A DNA stretch of 64,000 nucleotides, from contig DXJO01000004.1 in assembly GCA_019057475.1 (NCBI GenBank), positions 1-64,000 of the forward strand, in the 5' to 3' direction. Shown here piece after piece: positions 1 through 10,444 of this stretch. The position numbers and the translations under genes are program-made. The DNA is from Candidatus Thorarchaeota archaeon. Lineage in GTDB: Archaea > Asgardarchaeota > Thorarchaeia > Thorarchaeales > Thorarchaeaceae. How positions within the stretch are numbered: position 1 is the stretch's first letter; the number at the start of each line of letters is the position of its first letter. The notes under the pieces are model-generated. The model had not been told where the DNA came from and searched no databases. It saw only the letters and a program-made list of their open reading frames with translations.

Positions 1-190
1 AAGTCATAGTGGTGGATGACTGCCATATCATAGGCCTGGTCGTACGACAGGGTCATGGTTTATCAATGGCAGTCCCACCCCTCCCTCTCCTTGTACCCGA
101 GTATTACACAACTTATGCAACAGAGCCATCAAATTAAAAATGTTTAATTATCCGCACTCGCTTGAGGCCTGTTAAGGAGGACACTGAACA

Positions 191-889
191 ATGAGTCGCA
201 AGTCAAAGAAGTGGAAACAACCTGACTTCGATAGGCTGGAGAATCTTCAGTTCGATCCAACTGGATTGGATTTGAAATGGAGTAAGAACCTCACCACCAC
301 AATCGATGCGTACCGCATCCATAGATGTTACGACTTAGGCTCCATCGAGCGGGCAATAGGGCAAGGTGAAATGCCCCGAAGTTTCGTCAAGCAGTGGAGG
401 ATGGTCCGGTCGGTGCTCCACAAGTTCGCTGCGGTGACCCCGAAAATATCAGGTATCGAGGAAATGATGAGGCGGCGACAAATCATTCAATTCACTGCAC
501 TGATCTTGCTGACTTTGGGAGCTCCCGCCATCATACTTACTTGGACACTCAAGCTTGACCATATCGCTTGGTTCACCTATCCGTTTGGCTTTTTCTCGGC
601 TGCGCTGTTCGCAGTGACTGCGATAGTTACAGCGTGGTATAATCGCGAAATCGCATGGACAATTCATGACTACGTAGAGGACAACCCCAACCTTCTCAAG
701 AGTGAGAAGGCACTTCTTCACGAGTGGTCTCAGAAATTAATTAGATACACTGCTAGATTGATTCGACGAGAAGGTTTGGATCTGGACAAGAATCTCCTGA
801 AGCTTTACAGCAACGACTATGACGGTATCACTTTCCTCAAGGAACCATCGAGGTTCAGGAAACACTACGTAGGCAGGTACAAAGCCTAA
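191..889 (+). CDS. Hypothetical membrane protein (2 TM helices)
   Basis: 232-aa ORF; AAGGAGG RBS-like sequence upstream; two central hydrophobic segments. Confidence 0.7.
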   Translation: MSRKSKKWKQPDFDRLENLQFDPTGLDLKWSKNLTTTIDAYRIHRCYDLGSIERAIGQGEMPRSFVKQWRMVRSVLHKFAAVTPKISGIEEMMRRRQIIQFTALILLTLGAPAIILTWTLKLDHIAWFTYPFGFFSAALFAVTAIVTAWYNREIAWTIHDYVEDNPNLLKSEKALLHEWSQKLIRYTARLIRREGLDLDKNLLKLYSNDYDGITFLKEPSRFRKHYVGRYKA

Positions 890-913
890 CCTTTATTTAC
901 ACGCCGCAGTTCC

Positions 914-2035
914 TTACTTCGTGACCAGCGACTCTATGGGCTTGTACTCTATGTCAAAGCCGAAATGCCTTGGACCAAGCACTTTCAGGCCCTCTGGTCC
1001 CCTAAACGTGGAGATGGCTTCCATACCAATGACACTCACCTTATCACCTGGCCTTATGTCCGTGTTAGTTATTGGCTCTCCAGTTGTAGACTCGATAATC
1101 TCTATGATATCGGGGCTGGCAATCCATGGTTTTCCGTCCAACCAAGTCACATGATTCTCATTCTTGAACCACACCCTGAGTTTGGAGCCCGGCCTGATGC
1201 CACTTCCTTTGATGAGCGTTTCACCCCACATGTATCCCTCCCGGTTCTCCCATTTCTTGTCGACGACTTCACCTTTGAAGAGAACCCAACCTCCAACTTT
1301 CTCGATAATCTTCTCCGCGGGATCATCTCCGGACTCCCTGCATTCGCGTATCATCTTGCCTACCTGGTGGCTCTTCGAGAGAGTCCCAGGAATAATGGCA
1401 TCCTTGAAGTCATTCCCCTGCACCGGGAATGAAACATTGCCTAGGCGACCCCACGCCACCTCGCTCAATGCCTTGGAGATGCGTTCTCCCATCTCGTAAT
1501 TAATCACATGAGGCACGATGTATTGGTTACCGAACCAGTCAACTAGGGCCATGGGTGTCATTGAGAAACCTTTGATACATACTGTATTCTGACATATCTC
1601 AGGAACTGCTCTTCCCGAGTAGTCACCATCAACGCAGGGGATTCCGTGTTTAACCGCAGTATCGATGGGCGCGGGTGTATTGACCCCACCTAGCTCAAAA
1701 GGTGCAGCAGCCGCGAATTTCACTCCCATGTATTCTTCAAGTATTGCAAACCCTGTGACCAGCTCCTTCTCAAAGAAGTCCCAAGGGTATCTTTTCCTTG
1801 CGGCTTCAATCTCTGGAGTAGGGGGGGCGATTGTACCAGAATAGAATGGGCATGCCACCCAGTCGTCGGCCTTGATTGTGTTCACATCAACGATCTTGAT
1901 CGTTTTTCCAGCGTCAACATGTGGGTACAACATCGCCAGGCCGATGTCTTTTGATCCGCCACCGCCAGTGCCAAAGAACATGCAACCAACAGTGAGATCC
2001 TCCACACCTGTCCTGCTCTTTAATATCAACACCAT
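914..2035 (-). CDS. DUF917 family protein
   Basis: GTGGGG, ELGGVN, DGDYSGRAVPE, FKNEN and PDII motifs typical of DUF917. Confidence 0.9.
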   Translation of the reverse strand: MVLILKSRTGVEDLTVGCMFFGTGGGGSKDIGLAMLYPHVDAGKTIKIVDVNTIKADDWVACPFYSGTIAPPTPEIEAARKRYPWDFFEKELVTGFAILEEYMGVKFAAAAPFELGGVNTPAPIDTAVKHGIPCVDGDYSGRAVPEICQNTVCIKGFSMTPMALVDWFGNQYIVPHVINYEMGERISKALSEVAWGRLGNVSFPVQGNDFKDAIIPGTLSKSHQVGKMIRECRESGDDPAEKIIEKVGGWVLFKGEVVDKKWENREGYMWGETLIKGSGIRPGSKLRVWFKNENHVTWLDGKPWIASPDIIEIIESTTGEPITNTDIRPGDKVSVIGMEAISTFRGPEGLKVLGPRHFGFDIEYKPIESLVTK

Positions 2036-2230
2036 GCAAACAACCTCATTTAATAACGAAATAGATTAGGGAAACCACTATTTAATTTCATTGTGCCAGC
2101 GCATGCACTCCCAAGAAACCTATGCCGATAGAGTAGCTTGTCATTTGGCTGGACTTCAGACTGGTTGATGTCGAAGTGGAATGGGCTTGGGGGGCTTCTT
2201 TCATTCCCCGCTCAGTAGGATTCTTGCAAT

Positions 2231-3166
2231 CTAGAGTTCTACGCGCCCTGCCTGAACTTTGCCATCTTCAATAGTGATCAAGAATCCCTTCAGGATTCCC
2301 TCTCTGTACTCCGAGCCCGGGTTTACGCAGAGCGTCCGTCCGATATTTCTGAAACCTACAGACTCGTGGATGTGACCATGCATCCCCAGGAGCGGTTGGT
2401 ACTTCTCGATGACGGCTCTAATAGACTTGCTGCCCACAGGACCCAGAATCTCAAAGGCTCCGGATTTCGCTATAGAGTAGTCTTCCCTGAGTTGAGGTGC
2501 TGTGTCCAACCCCGAATCGAACGGAGGATCATGAAAGTTGCACAGCAAGTTGGCGTAATCATCCACTCTCGCGAATTCTTCTTCAAGCTTCTCCATTAGT
2601 TCCTCATCAGAACACTCGCGAGGTGTGTCCCACGGTGTATTGTTGACCCACTCACAACTGATTAGCGGATAACCATGCACATCAACGACTTTCTTGAGAG
2701 GGTAGATGATTCTTGAATGATTCTTGATTATGGGATCGATGACCCAGTCATCATCGTTACCTGGATTAACTATGACATCAACATCTGGCGATATCTTCTC
2801 TGCGGCCATGTCGAGCCATTCCTGCAATCTCTCTGACATCAGTTTTTGGAAGAGCTCCTTGATGGCCCCCTTCTTCTCCCTAAGTGCAGCCAACTCATCA
2901 GGCGTCATGATGTAGGGGTAAAAGCCGACATCCTTTTGGAAATTGAAAAAGCGGTCAACATCCTTCTGCTTCTTGAATGTCTTTCGCTTTCCATATGGTT
3001 GTGCGTACCACCGATCTTCTTTTTCTTGGATGATTGGCATGATTGCTTTGCCAGTCAAATCGCCGCACATCATCGCAACATCAGCCTTGAAGACTTTCGG
3101 AGCAATACACATCTTCTCCCAAGTCTGTTGGCTGCCATGTGGGTCGCATGCGTGGAAAATTCTCAT
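2231..3166 (-). CDS. Calcineurin-like (Icc-type) metallophosphoesterase
   Basis: DPHG, GDLTG, PGNDD, HDPP, HGHIHE and NPGS motifs. Confidence 0.9.
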   Translation of the reverse strand: MRIFHACDPHGSQQTWEKMCIAPKVFKADVAMMCGDLTGKAIMPIIQEKEDRWYAQPYGKRKTFKKQKDVDRFFNFQKDVGFYPYIMTPDELAALREKKGAIKELFQKLMSERLQEWLDMAAEKISPDVDVIVNPGNDDDWVIDPIIKNHSRIIYPLKKVVDVHGYPLISCEWVNNTPWDTPRECSDEELMEKLEEEFARVDDYANLLCNFHDPPFDSGLDTAPQLREDYSIAKSGAFEILGPVGSKSIRAVIEKYQPLLGMHGHIHESVGFRNIGRTLCVNPGSEYREGILKGFLITIEDGKVQAGRVEL

Positions 3167-3357
3167 TTCAATACCTCAAGTCTTCATTTTACACTACCGC
3201 ATTGGATTACCCGCGAGGGATCAAAAGCGAGTTAAGAGTTTAATGGTTTGGCTGCTATTGGCCACTTTAACAAAGGCGCAGTCAGTCAGAAGATATTAAA
3301 GCCACACAGTTTTATTGCTGATATTGCCTCCCTTTCTGGAGATAGGAAACTGATCGG

Positions 3358-4152
3358 ATGTCAGGCAAGTATGGTGAAATGAAGGACGATTTTCTCGAAG
3401 AAGCCATGAGACTCGTAGCAGCCGCAGAAGAGAACGATGTGCCGTTACGAATCATAGGTTGCCTTGCGTTCAGAATCAAAGCGCCCGATTATGTTGACCT
3501 TCACAAGAAGATGGGTCGCGAGGTTACAGACATCGATTTCATGAGCTACTACAAACACCGGAAGAAGATAATCAATCTCTTCCGGGATGAGCTTGGCTAC
3601 CACTGGGTTCCTCCTAGCTTTGCGAGGGCCACAACGCTCAGAGACCTTTTCATTGACCAAGAGCGTCAGAGGAAGATCGATGTGTTCTATGACCATTTGG
3701 AATTCTGCCACAAGATTGACTTCAAGAAGAGGAAACGACTCGAGGAAGATAGACCCACGATTCCTTTAGCAGAGCTGTTCCTTGAGAAAACACAGATTGT
3801 TGAGATTAACGCGAAGGATTTGAAAGACCTCATAATAACGTTCCTTGCCCACGATATCAGCGAAACAGACGACGATAGCCAAGTCAACGGGTACTACATA
3901 GTGCAGCGCCTCCGTGATGATTGGGGCTTCCACTACACTGTGACAATTAATATCCAAAAGCTGATTGACTTCGTGCCCACAGTGGAACTCCTGACGCAGG
4001 AACAGAAGGACTTGGTTGTGTCCAGAGCCCAGAAGCTTAGGCAGATGATTGAGGACGAGCCAAAGTCCGGAGGCTGGAAGCGACGGGCGAAAATCGGGAC
4101 CAAGAAACGCTGGTACAAAATTGTCCATTCTATGGAAGGCGTTAGGACGTGA
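3358..4152 (+). CDS. Putative Pol-beta-superfamily nucleotidyltransferase
   Basis: IIGCLA, TDIDF and KIDVF match the hG..DxD..D layout; C-terminal KDLKD helix. Confidence 0.65.
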   Translation: MSGKYGEMKDDFLEEAMRLVAAAEENDVPLRIIGCLAFRIKAPDYVDLHKKMGREVTDIDFMSYYKHRKKIINLFRDELGYHWVPPSFARATTLRDLFIDQERQRKIDVFYDHLEFCHKIDFKKRKRLEEDRPTIPLAELFLEKTQIVEINAKDLKDLIITFLAHDISETDDDSQVNGYYIVQRLRDDWGFHYTVTINIQKLIDFVPTVELLTQEQKDLVVSRAQKLRQMIEDEPKSGGWKRRAKIGTKKRWYKIVHSMEGVRT

Positions 4153-4197
4153 AATAGCTCTAGATGCTGATTTGAATAGACATTGAAGTGATAACGC

Positions 4198-5316
4198 ATG
4201 AAGATGTCCAGACAGAATGCGTATGACATGCTGATTGGTGTGGGTATCCTGGGGACGGGTGGTGGGGGTGACCCCGTCGGTTTCGGGAAACCCATGGTTG
4301 AATGGGATTATCAAAGAGATAGAGTCTATGAGCTGACAAATCCCAAGGATGTGAAAGATGATGCATTCATCGTCTGTGGGGGCTACATGGGTTCCGTGAA
4401 CGCATTCACCTCCATAGGTGATATGCTTGAACAATGGGAAACCCGATACGAGCTCCACGAGGCAATGAAGATATCTGAGAAGATTGCCGGGAAAAAAGTC
4501 GACCACTTGGTTCCCTTTGAACTAGGGGGCACAAACACGACTGTGATGCTTTCCCTCGCGGCACGGACAGGGATTACCACAGTGGACGGAGATGGTCTCG
4601 GACGCTCGGCGCCGGAATCGCAAATGATCTCGTTTGTGGGATATGGTATCGAGCTGTGCCCAATGCCGGTTGTTTCCAAGGGCGGCAGCATTGTGATTGT
4701 GGAGAAGGCAACCAGTCCTGCACTCGCTGACGAAATCGGCAGATTCGCTGTGGTCAATGATGGTGGCACAGGTGCCAATAACCATTACCACCAAAGCGGT
4801 GCACAACTGAAGAAGAGCGTGATTCCAAACAGCATTAGCAAGTCCATTGAGCTAGGCGAGGCTGTGCGGGACGCCAATGAGAGTGGCAACTCACCTATCG
4901 ACGCTTTCCTAGATATTATGGGTGGCCAGAAACTGGCCATGGGCACTATTGGGGACGTCAAGGGAGAAGACCGCGCAGGCCATTGGCACGTCACAGTGAC
5001 CATCAAGCCTGAGGACATCAAGGGCAAGCTGAAGTTGACAGTTAAGAACGAATACATGATGGCGACTTGTGATGGTGAACCGGTTGTCATGTTTCCGGAC
5101 TTGATCTGCTTACACTATCCGGAGAATGGTCATGGCGTTATGAGTTCCGCATTGAAAGAAGGCATGAAGGTCGTGATTACGGCAGTGCCAGCTCACGAGC
5201 GGCTCCGCTATGCAGGGAGCACAAAGATTGGCAAGAAGGCATTCTCACCAGAGCGATATGGCCATCCTGAGCTCGAATACAAGCCTATGGAAGAAATAAT
5301 CGGCAATTTACACTAG
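4198..5316 (+). CDS. DUF917 family protein (second paralog)
   Basis: GTGGGG, ELGGTN, DGDGLGRSAPE, KNEY and FPDLI motifs. Confidence 0.9.
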   Translation: MKMSRQNAYDMLIGVGILGTGGGGDPVGFGKPMVEWDYQRDRVYELTNPKDVKDDAFIVCGGYMGSVNAFTSIGDMLEQWETRYELHEAMKISEKIAGKKVDHLVPFELGGTNTTVMLSLAARTGITTVDGDGLGRSAPESQMISFVGYGIELCPMPVVSKGGSIVIVEKATSPALADEIGRFAVVNDGGTGANNHYHQSGAQLKKSVIPNSISKSIELGEAVRDANESGNSPIDAFLDIMGGQKLAMGTIGDVKGEDRAGHWHVTVTIKPEDIKGKLKLTVKNEYMMATCDGEPVVMFPDLICLHYPENGHGVMSSALKEGMKVVITAVPAHERLRYAGSTKIGKKAFSPERYGHPELEYKPMEEIIGNLH

Positions 5317-5374
5317 GCGTCATCTTTTTCTTTTCCCTCTCCCGTCCATCTTACAGTCGGACTGGTGAAGATTA

Positions 5375-6139
5375 TTGAAACGCATAGCGCTGATTGGTGC
5401 AACAGGCGTCGATTGGACGGTCGATGAAAAGAAGAAATCCTTTGTCAAGCTACACACCCCTCAAGGGTACAATATCGGACACTTTACGCCGCGCTACGGA
5501 ACTCACAGCGTTGAATCACTTGTTGATGAAGCCTATAATGCTCCATTCATCCTTGAGCAAGTGGCAAAGGCCTGCAAAGAAGGTTATGATGCGATAGTGA
5601 TTGACTGTGCATGCGATCCAATTCTTGACGCTGCGAGATCGGTTTCGAACATGCCAGTCGTAGGCCCTAGGAACGCCTCACTCCACCTTGCGTTAACACT
5701 TGGTACAAGATTCAGCATAATCACTGTCCAAGGTGACTCGCTCAAGAGATGCATGGAGGCAGGAGTCCGCAAGGAGGGACTGGAGCCATTCTGTGCAAGT
5801 GTGCGCTATCTAACTCTGCCTGTTCTTGATATCGCGAAACGTCCAGCTGATGCTCAGAAGGAGCTCCTAGAACTTAGCAGACAAGCCGTTGAGGAGGACG
5901 GCGCAGACGTCATTGTTCTGGGGTGCACAGCACTCTCTTACGAAATTGACCTTAAACCAATCATGCAGGAGGTTGACGTTCCGATTCTTGATCCATTCAT
6001 AGTGGCAATCAAGATAGCTCAGCTACTGATAGAGTCTGGACTCAGTCATAGCAAAGTAGCATACCCTCAACCTCCTCTGAAGGACGTAAACGAAGCCCCT
6101 TCACTCAAGGGGGCTTTTGATGGACTATTGAAATCCTGA
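5375..6139 (+). CDS. Asp/Glu/hydantoin racemase family protein
   Basis: IDCACDP and VLGCT catalytic Cys motifs; TTG start. Confidence 0.9.
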   Translation: MKRIALIGATGVDWTVDEKKKSFVKLHTPQGYNIGHFTPRYGTHSVESLVDEAYNAPFILEQVAKACKEGYDAIVIDCACDPILDAARSVSNMPVVGPRNASLHLALTLGTRFSIITVQGDSLKRCMEAGVRKEGLEPFCASVRYLTLPVLDIAKRPADAQKELLELSRQAVEEDGADVIVLGCTALSYEIDLKPIMQEVDVPILDPFIVAIKIAQLLIESGLSHSKVAYPQPPLKDVNEAPSLKGAFDGLLKS

Positions 6140-6153
6140 GTGTATTGGATCTC

Positions 6154-7410
6154 CTATTTCTTCGATCGTGAAAATAGTGGGACCATAACCAGAAGCGCTA
6201 CCAGTGACAACCCCGTGAGCATCAGATACGGCAGTGTTAATCCGAATCCCATGAGCCAACCTCCCACGATTGGCCCAATGAAGAGTCCAACTCCTCCCAT
6301 ACTCTCAACCAAGCCTGCGTATGATCCCTTCTCGAATTCGGTAGCAGACACAATGAGATAGAGGGCGCCAAGATAGCTAAATCCTACTGCCACGCCTGAA
6401 ATGACCATGGCCACAGTGAAAGTCCAGATATCCACGAACAGAAAGAGCATGATGCCTGAGATGGCTGAAAGAATAGCACCAAGCACAATCGCTTTGATCA
6501 TGTGCTTTTCTCCCATTCGTGCGGTCACGATGAAGCAGACTGTTCGAGCTGCGTTCCATATTAGAAGTAGATTCCCGAAGTCCTCTCTGACAAATGGATG
6601 CCCCAAAGCAATTAGAGTTTCAATGTACGTAGGGAAAAGAGCCAGGATTACTGTTGATACAACTCCCCAGAGAATCAAAGAGATGTAGGAGGCAATGAAT
6701 CTCAGACTGGTCTTCGAGTGTATCTGCTCTGGCTGCGAATCAACAGCCCCTCTATTGTCTGCACCTCCACTCTCTTGCGTGGGTGTCTTTCTCCTGTAGC
6801 CCTGAATGAAACTAGCGATAATAACTAGCGCCAGCAGCTCCACTGCGAAGATGATGTATATGCTTGAGAGTTCACCATAAGCCCCCGCCATGTAGGCGAT
6901 AATGAATGGAGGGAGTATCATTGATGCACTCCACGCTGTTGAGAAGTTACCAAGCGTGGCCGCCTGCGCTTCGGGATCAAGCTCTGCCACCATGCCTTCT
7001 ATTGTAGGGGCGATGAACCCGAAGACAAGTCCTTCAACGGCACGTATCACGATTAGATGAATTGGTGCGATAGAGGGGAGCAGGTAAAACGAGATAACCA
7101 CAAGGTAAGCAGCCGTTGATATGGTCAGTGTTTTTTTCCGCCCAATTCTGTCGGAAATTCGTCCTCCGATGATTGGAGAGAACATGTACATGAAACCGAA
7201 CATTCCCATTGCCAATCCTGACTCTAAGGATGTTCCTCCGAGGATTCCTGCATACCATGATGCGAAGACTTCTGTTGTTCCAAGCGTGAAAACGACTAGA
7301 AAGGACGCAATGTACCCGATAATCCTGTTTCTTTTCTTGGTTGTGTCTGGAAGATCGGGTTCCCCCTCTACATCGAGGCAAAATGGTTCGTAGGATTCCT
7401 GCTCGGTCAT
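6154..7410 (-). CDS. MFS transporter
   Basis: GRISDRIGRK motif A; about 12 TM segments. Confidence 0.9.
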   Translation of the reverse strand: MTEQESYEPFCLDVEGEPDLPDTTKKRNRIIGYIASFLVVFTLGTTEVFASWYAGILGGTSLESGLAMGMFGFMYMFSPIIGGRISDRIGRKKTLTISTAAYLVVISFYLLPSIAPIHLIVIRAVEGLVFGFIAPTIEGMVAELDPEAQAATLGNFSTAWSASMILPPFIIAYMAGAYGELSSIYIIFAVELLALVIIASFIQGYRRKTPTQESGGADNRGAVDSQPEQIHSKTSLRFIASYISLILWGVVSTVILALFPTYIETLIALGHPFVREDFGNLLLIWNAARTVCFIVTARMGEKHMIKAIVLGAILSAISGIMLFLFVDIWTFTVAMVISGVAVGFSYLGALYLIVSATEFEKGSYAGLVESMGGVGLFIGPIVGGWLMGFGLTLPYLMLTGLSLVALLVMVPLFSRSKK

Positions 7411-7451
7411 CTGTTCCGACTCCGGGTCAAAGTCATACCGGTTTACTGAAC

Positions 7452-8465
7452 CTAGGTCAAGTGTGGTGCAATCTTCTCGCCGATAAGATTCGCTAAGACA
7501 ATCGGGTCCGTTCCGGGAACTGGAAATGCTACGGGCGTATTTGCCCCCGCGTTCACTATTTCTTGGATTCGTCTGATGCAGGACTCAACATCACCCACAA
7601 CGCAGAGCGCCTGTATTGCCTTGTCTGTTATTAGTTCGGCTACATCCTTTCCTTCTTCAGCTGCTTTCAGGTATGATGCCGTTTCTTCTACAGTCACACC
7701 TGCATACTCCATCAGAGGGCCGCCACCTTGCGAGTGTGGGAGATAGAGCTTTGCAAAATCCTTTGCAATTTTCATTGCCTTGTCAAGATCATCATTGATC
7801 ACTATGGGAAGATACGAAACCATCTCAAAGTCCTCGATACTTCGACCAGCTTTCTTAGCACCTACCTCTACTCGTTCCCAGGCGAATTTTACGTAGCTTG
7901 GTGTATTAAAGATGGAGAGTATAATCCCGTCACCAATTTCACCAGATAACTTGAGACCCATCTTGCCTTCGAAAGCGAGATAAATCGGGGCTTTCTTCCT
8001 CACTGGCTCGAAGATCAGTTTCACGTCCTTGGTGGTGAAGAATTTCCCTTCATGCGTTATGCTTTCACCCGTCATTATCTTGCGAACAACTTCAACGCAT
8101 TCACGTGTTCTTGACAGCGGTTTTTTGAAATCGAATCCCATTTGGGACATCCAGTAGGGCACACCGGATCCCAAGCCGAAAACCGCTCGCTTGTTACACA
8201 TCTCATCGATTGTTGCAAACTCCATGGCAATGAGCGCGGGATGCCTTGAGTAGGGATTCACGACTCCTAGGCCGATTCTGATTTTCTCAGTTGCCATCGA
8301 AGCGGCAGCCATATACGGAATCCCGCCGCGAAAGAAGTAATCCTCGGCGAACCAAACAGACCCCAAGCCCATTCGTTCGCTGGTCTTAGCCAGTTCAACG
8401 GCTTCTCTTACCGGGAAGACCCCGGTCATTGCTAATCCGAATTCCTTGTATCCTTTCATTTTCAA
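7452..8465 (-). CDS. LLM-class (luciferase-like/Mer-like) flavin- or F420-dependent oxidoreductase
   Basis: WFAEDY, GVVNPYSRHPALIA, GLGSG and GEIGDG motifs. Confidence 0.85.
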   Translation of the reverse strand: MKMKGYKEFGLAMTGVFPVREAVELAKTSERMGLGSVWFAEDYFFRGGIPYMAAASMATEKIRIGLGVVNPYSRHPALIAMEFATIDEMCNKRAVFGLGSGVPYWMSQMGFDFKKPLSRTRECVEVVRKIMTGESITHEGKFFTTKDVKLIFEPVRKKAPIYLAFEGKMGLKLSGEIGDGIILSIFNTPSYVKFAWERVEVGAKKAGRSIEDFEMVSYLPIVINDDLDKAMKIAKDFAKLYLPHSQGGGPLMEYAGVTVEETASYLKAAEEGKDVAELITDKAIQALCVVGDVESCIRRIQEIVNAGANTPVAFPVPGTDPIVLANLIGEKIAPHLT

Positions 8466-8488
8466 ACCACCAGCGGTTCCTATGTCGA

Positions 8489-8521
8489 AAGAAATGGGGG
8501 GCGGGAAGCCGCCTTCCCTCT
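8489..8521 (-). terminator. Hairpin plus T-rich tract after aor
   Basis: Minus strand GGGAAGGCGG-CTTC-CCGCCCCCC followed by ATTTCTTTC. Confidence 0.4.
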
Positions 8522-10441
8522 CTATGGCACTCTACCCATCTTGTCTAAGTAGTCGGCCACATCCTTAAGGCCAAGCTTTTCGTAGGTCTTTCGATACGGC
8601 CAGCTTGTCTTCAAATCCCATTCATGCTGCGCGTAGTATAGGTCAAGCATTCCATCAAGCTCTTCTTGGGAGTTCATTGCGCCTTTCAGTGGTCCTGAAG
8701 CTGCCCCCTCATTCATGAGTCGCCACGGCAAATTATCGTGTTCTCTTGTTGCTCCACGCGTGATATTGAATGCCTTCTCTAAAGTTACGACGCGACGTCC
8801 AGTGAACATCATCTCGTCTTCAGTCATTGATATTCCAGTGGCCGCATCGTAGAGTCTTGCCATATTGTCTGGATTCACACCGTAAGCTGCGGTGGATGTG
8901 AACACACAGAAGCCGAGTGCTTCAGTGATCTCGTAGCAATCTTCGTGCCACCGCACTATTTCTGCTCGGTGCTCTGTGAAGTGTGGCGCCGCCCACTTCT
9001 TATCGCCCGTGACCTTTTCTATGACCGCAACAGCCTCGGGGCTGGCACCAAATTCTGCAAACGTTTCAGTCATTAGATGGTCGTTGCCTCTGGGGTTGAC
9101 TGCAAACGCCAACGCGTACGCCTTGGCTGAACGCGTTTCAACATTGGACTGTTCGAGTCCTTTTGCATTCATGATTGCCCATTTGTAGGAGTCCTGACCC
9201 ACCTTCTTGGTGGCTATCTTGAGTCCATCTGCAAGCAGGTTTCCTAGCTTGCCCTTGCGAAGTGCTATGGCCTCGATTGTCTTCAGCAGCTCAGGAATCT
9301 TGCCCCAGCCGAGTTCAAGACCATCTGTATCGTCCTTGGTGAGAACACCTCTTTCATAACTCTCTATCGCCCACTGAGCCACACCGCCTGCAGTTATTGT
9401 GTCCATCCCTAAGCGATTGCAGAGTTCGTTTGCTAGAAGTACTCCTTCTGTGTCAATGACTCCTGGACCGTTTCCTAGAGCTCCGAAGGTTTCATACTCG
9501 GGGCCTCCGCTCGCGATTCCCGCATTCGGTCCGCTGTCTATCGTTGAGTAACGGTGGCATCCGATTGTACATCCAAAGCATGCCACTCTTCTCTTGAGGT
9601 AGCCCTTCTCAACCAAGCATTGCCCGCTTATCGGATACACGTTTTCTGTATAGCCTGTCTGCCAGTTCTTGCCTGGGAATGCATGCAGCTCATTTACGGC
9701 AGCAATTGACCCTGCAGTCCCAAATTGATGGAGGGACGCAGCACCACTATCAGCCTTCAACAGGTCTCTCATTTCCTTGGCAATCTCTGCGAATTTCTTG
9801 GGGTCTTTAACTCTCACAGGTTTGCTTCCTTTAACGCAGATTGCCTTCAGGTTCTTCTTACCCATGACCGCGGCCCCTCCTCCTCTTCCTGCGGCGTGGT
9901 ACAACGAACATTGGATGGACGCGCCTCTAACAAGCTTCTCTCCCGCTGGACCGATGTAGAGTCCTTTGGAGTCTTCTCCATGCCATTTCTTCAAGAGCGT
10001 ATCTGTCTGGATTATGTCCTTGCCCCATAGATCCTTAGCATCACGAATTTCCACTTGGTCGTTCTCTATGAGGATGTATGAGGGCTTGTCAGCTGCACCA
10101 TGCACAATTAGGTGGTCGTATCCTGCGAACTTCAGTTCAGCACCCCAGTGACCACCTGTATTCGTCTTCAGATACAGGCCTGTCGTACAACCGATAGTTG
10201 TCACTGATGTCCTACCTGAAGCAGGTGCCGTGGTACCAGTCACTGCTCCTGGAGCATAGACCAAAATGTTACGCGGGTCATCCCAAGTTATCTCAGGATC
10301 CTTGCAATAGTCCCAGAGGATTCGGGCATTTATGCCTCTTGAGCCCACGTACAGTTTTCTCCATTCTTCTGGCAAGTCTTGTGTCCAGATCTTATTCTTG
10401 CTTAGGTCCACATGTAGAATCTTACCTTGATGCCCGTACAT
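8522..10441 (-). CDS. aor: Aldehyde:ferredoxin oxidoreductase (W-pterin AOR family)
   Basis: ELKFAGYD, GRGGGAAVMGKKNLKAI, CFGCTIGC, GPEYE, CNRLGMDTI and GFCVF motifs. Confidence 0.95.
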   Translation of the reverse strand: MYGHQGKILHVDLSKNKIWTQDLPEEWRKLYVGSRGINARILWDYCKDPEITWDDPRNILVYAPGAVTGTTAPASGRTSVTTIGCTTGLYLKTNTGGHWGAELKFAGYDHLIVHGAADKPSYILIENDQVEIRDAKDLWGKDIIQTDTLLKKWHGEDSKGLYIGPAGEKLVRGASIQCSLYHAAGRGGGAAVMGKKNLKAICVKGSKPVRVKDPKKFAEIAKEMRDLLKADSGAASLHQFGTAGSIAAVNELHAFPGKNWQTGYTENVYPISGQCLVEKGYLKRRVACFGCTIGCHRYSTIDSGPNAGIASGGPEYETFGALGNGPGVIDTEGVLLANELCNRLGMDTITAGGVAQWAIESYERGVLTKDDTDGLELGWGKIPELLKTIEAIALRKGKLGNLLADGLKIATKKVGQDSYKWAIMNAKGLEQSNVETRSAKAYALAFAVNPRGNDHLMTETFAEFGASPEAVAVIEKVTGDKKWAAPHFTEHRAEIVRWHEDCYEITEALGFCVFTSTAAYGVNPDNMARLYDAATGISMTEDEMMFTGRRVVTLEKAFNITRGATREHDNLPWRLMNEGAASGPLKGAMNSQEELDGMLDLYYAQHEWDLKTSWPYRKTYEKLGLKDVADYLDKMGRVP

Positions 10442-10444
10442 TTG

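Noticed and set aside
3358-4152. CBASS or toxin-antitoxin defence system
   Set aside because: No effector, HEPN partner or other defence genes adjacent; the context is metabolic
3766-4506. Long antisense ORFs (also 47092-47865, 30446-31042, 27357-27881 and similar)
   Set aside because: Shadow frames of well-supported genes with no motifs
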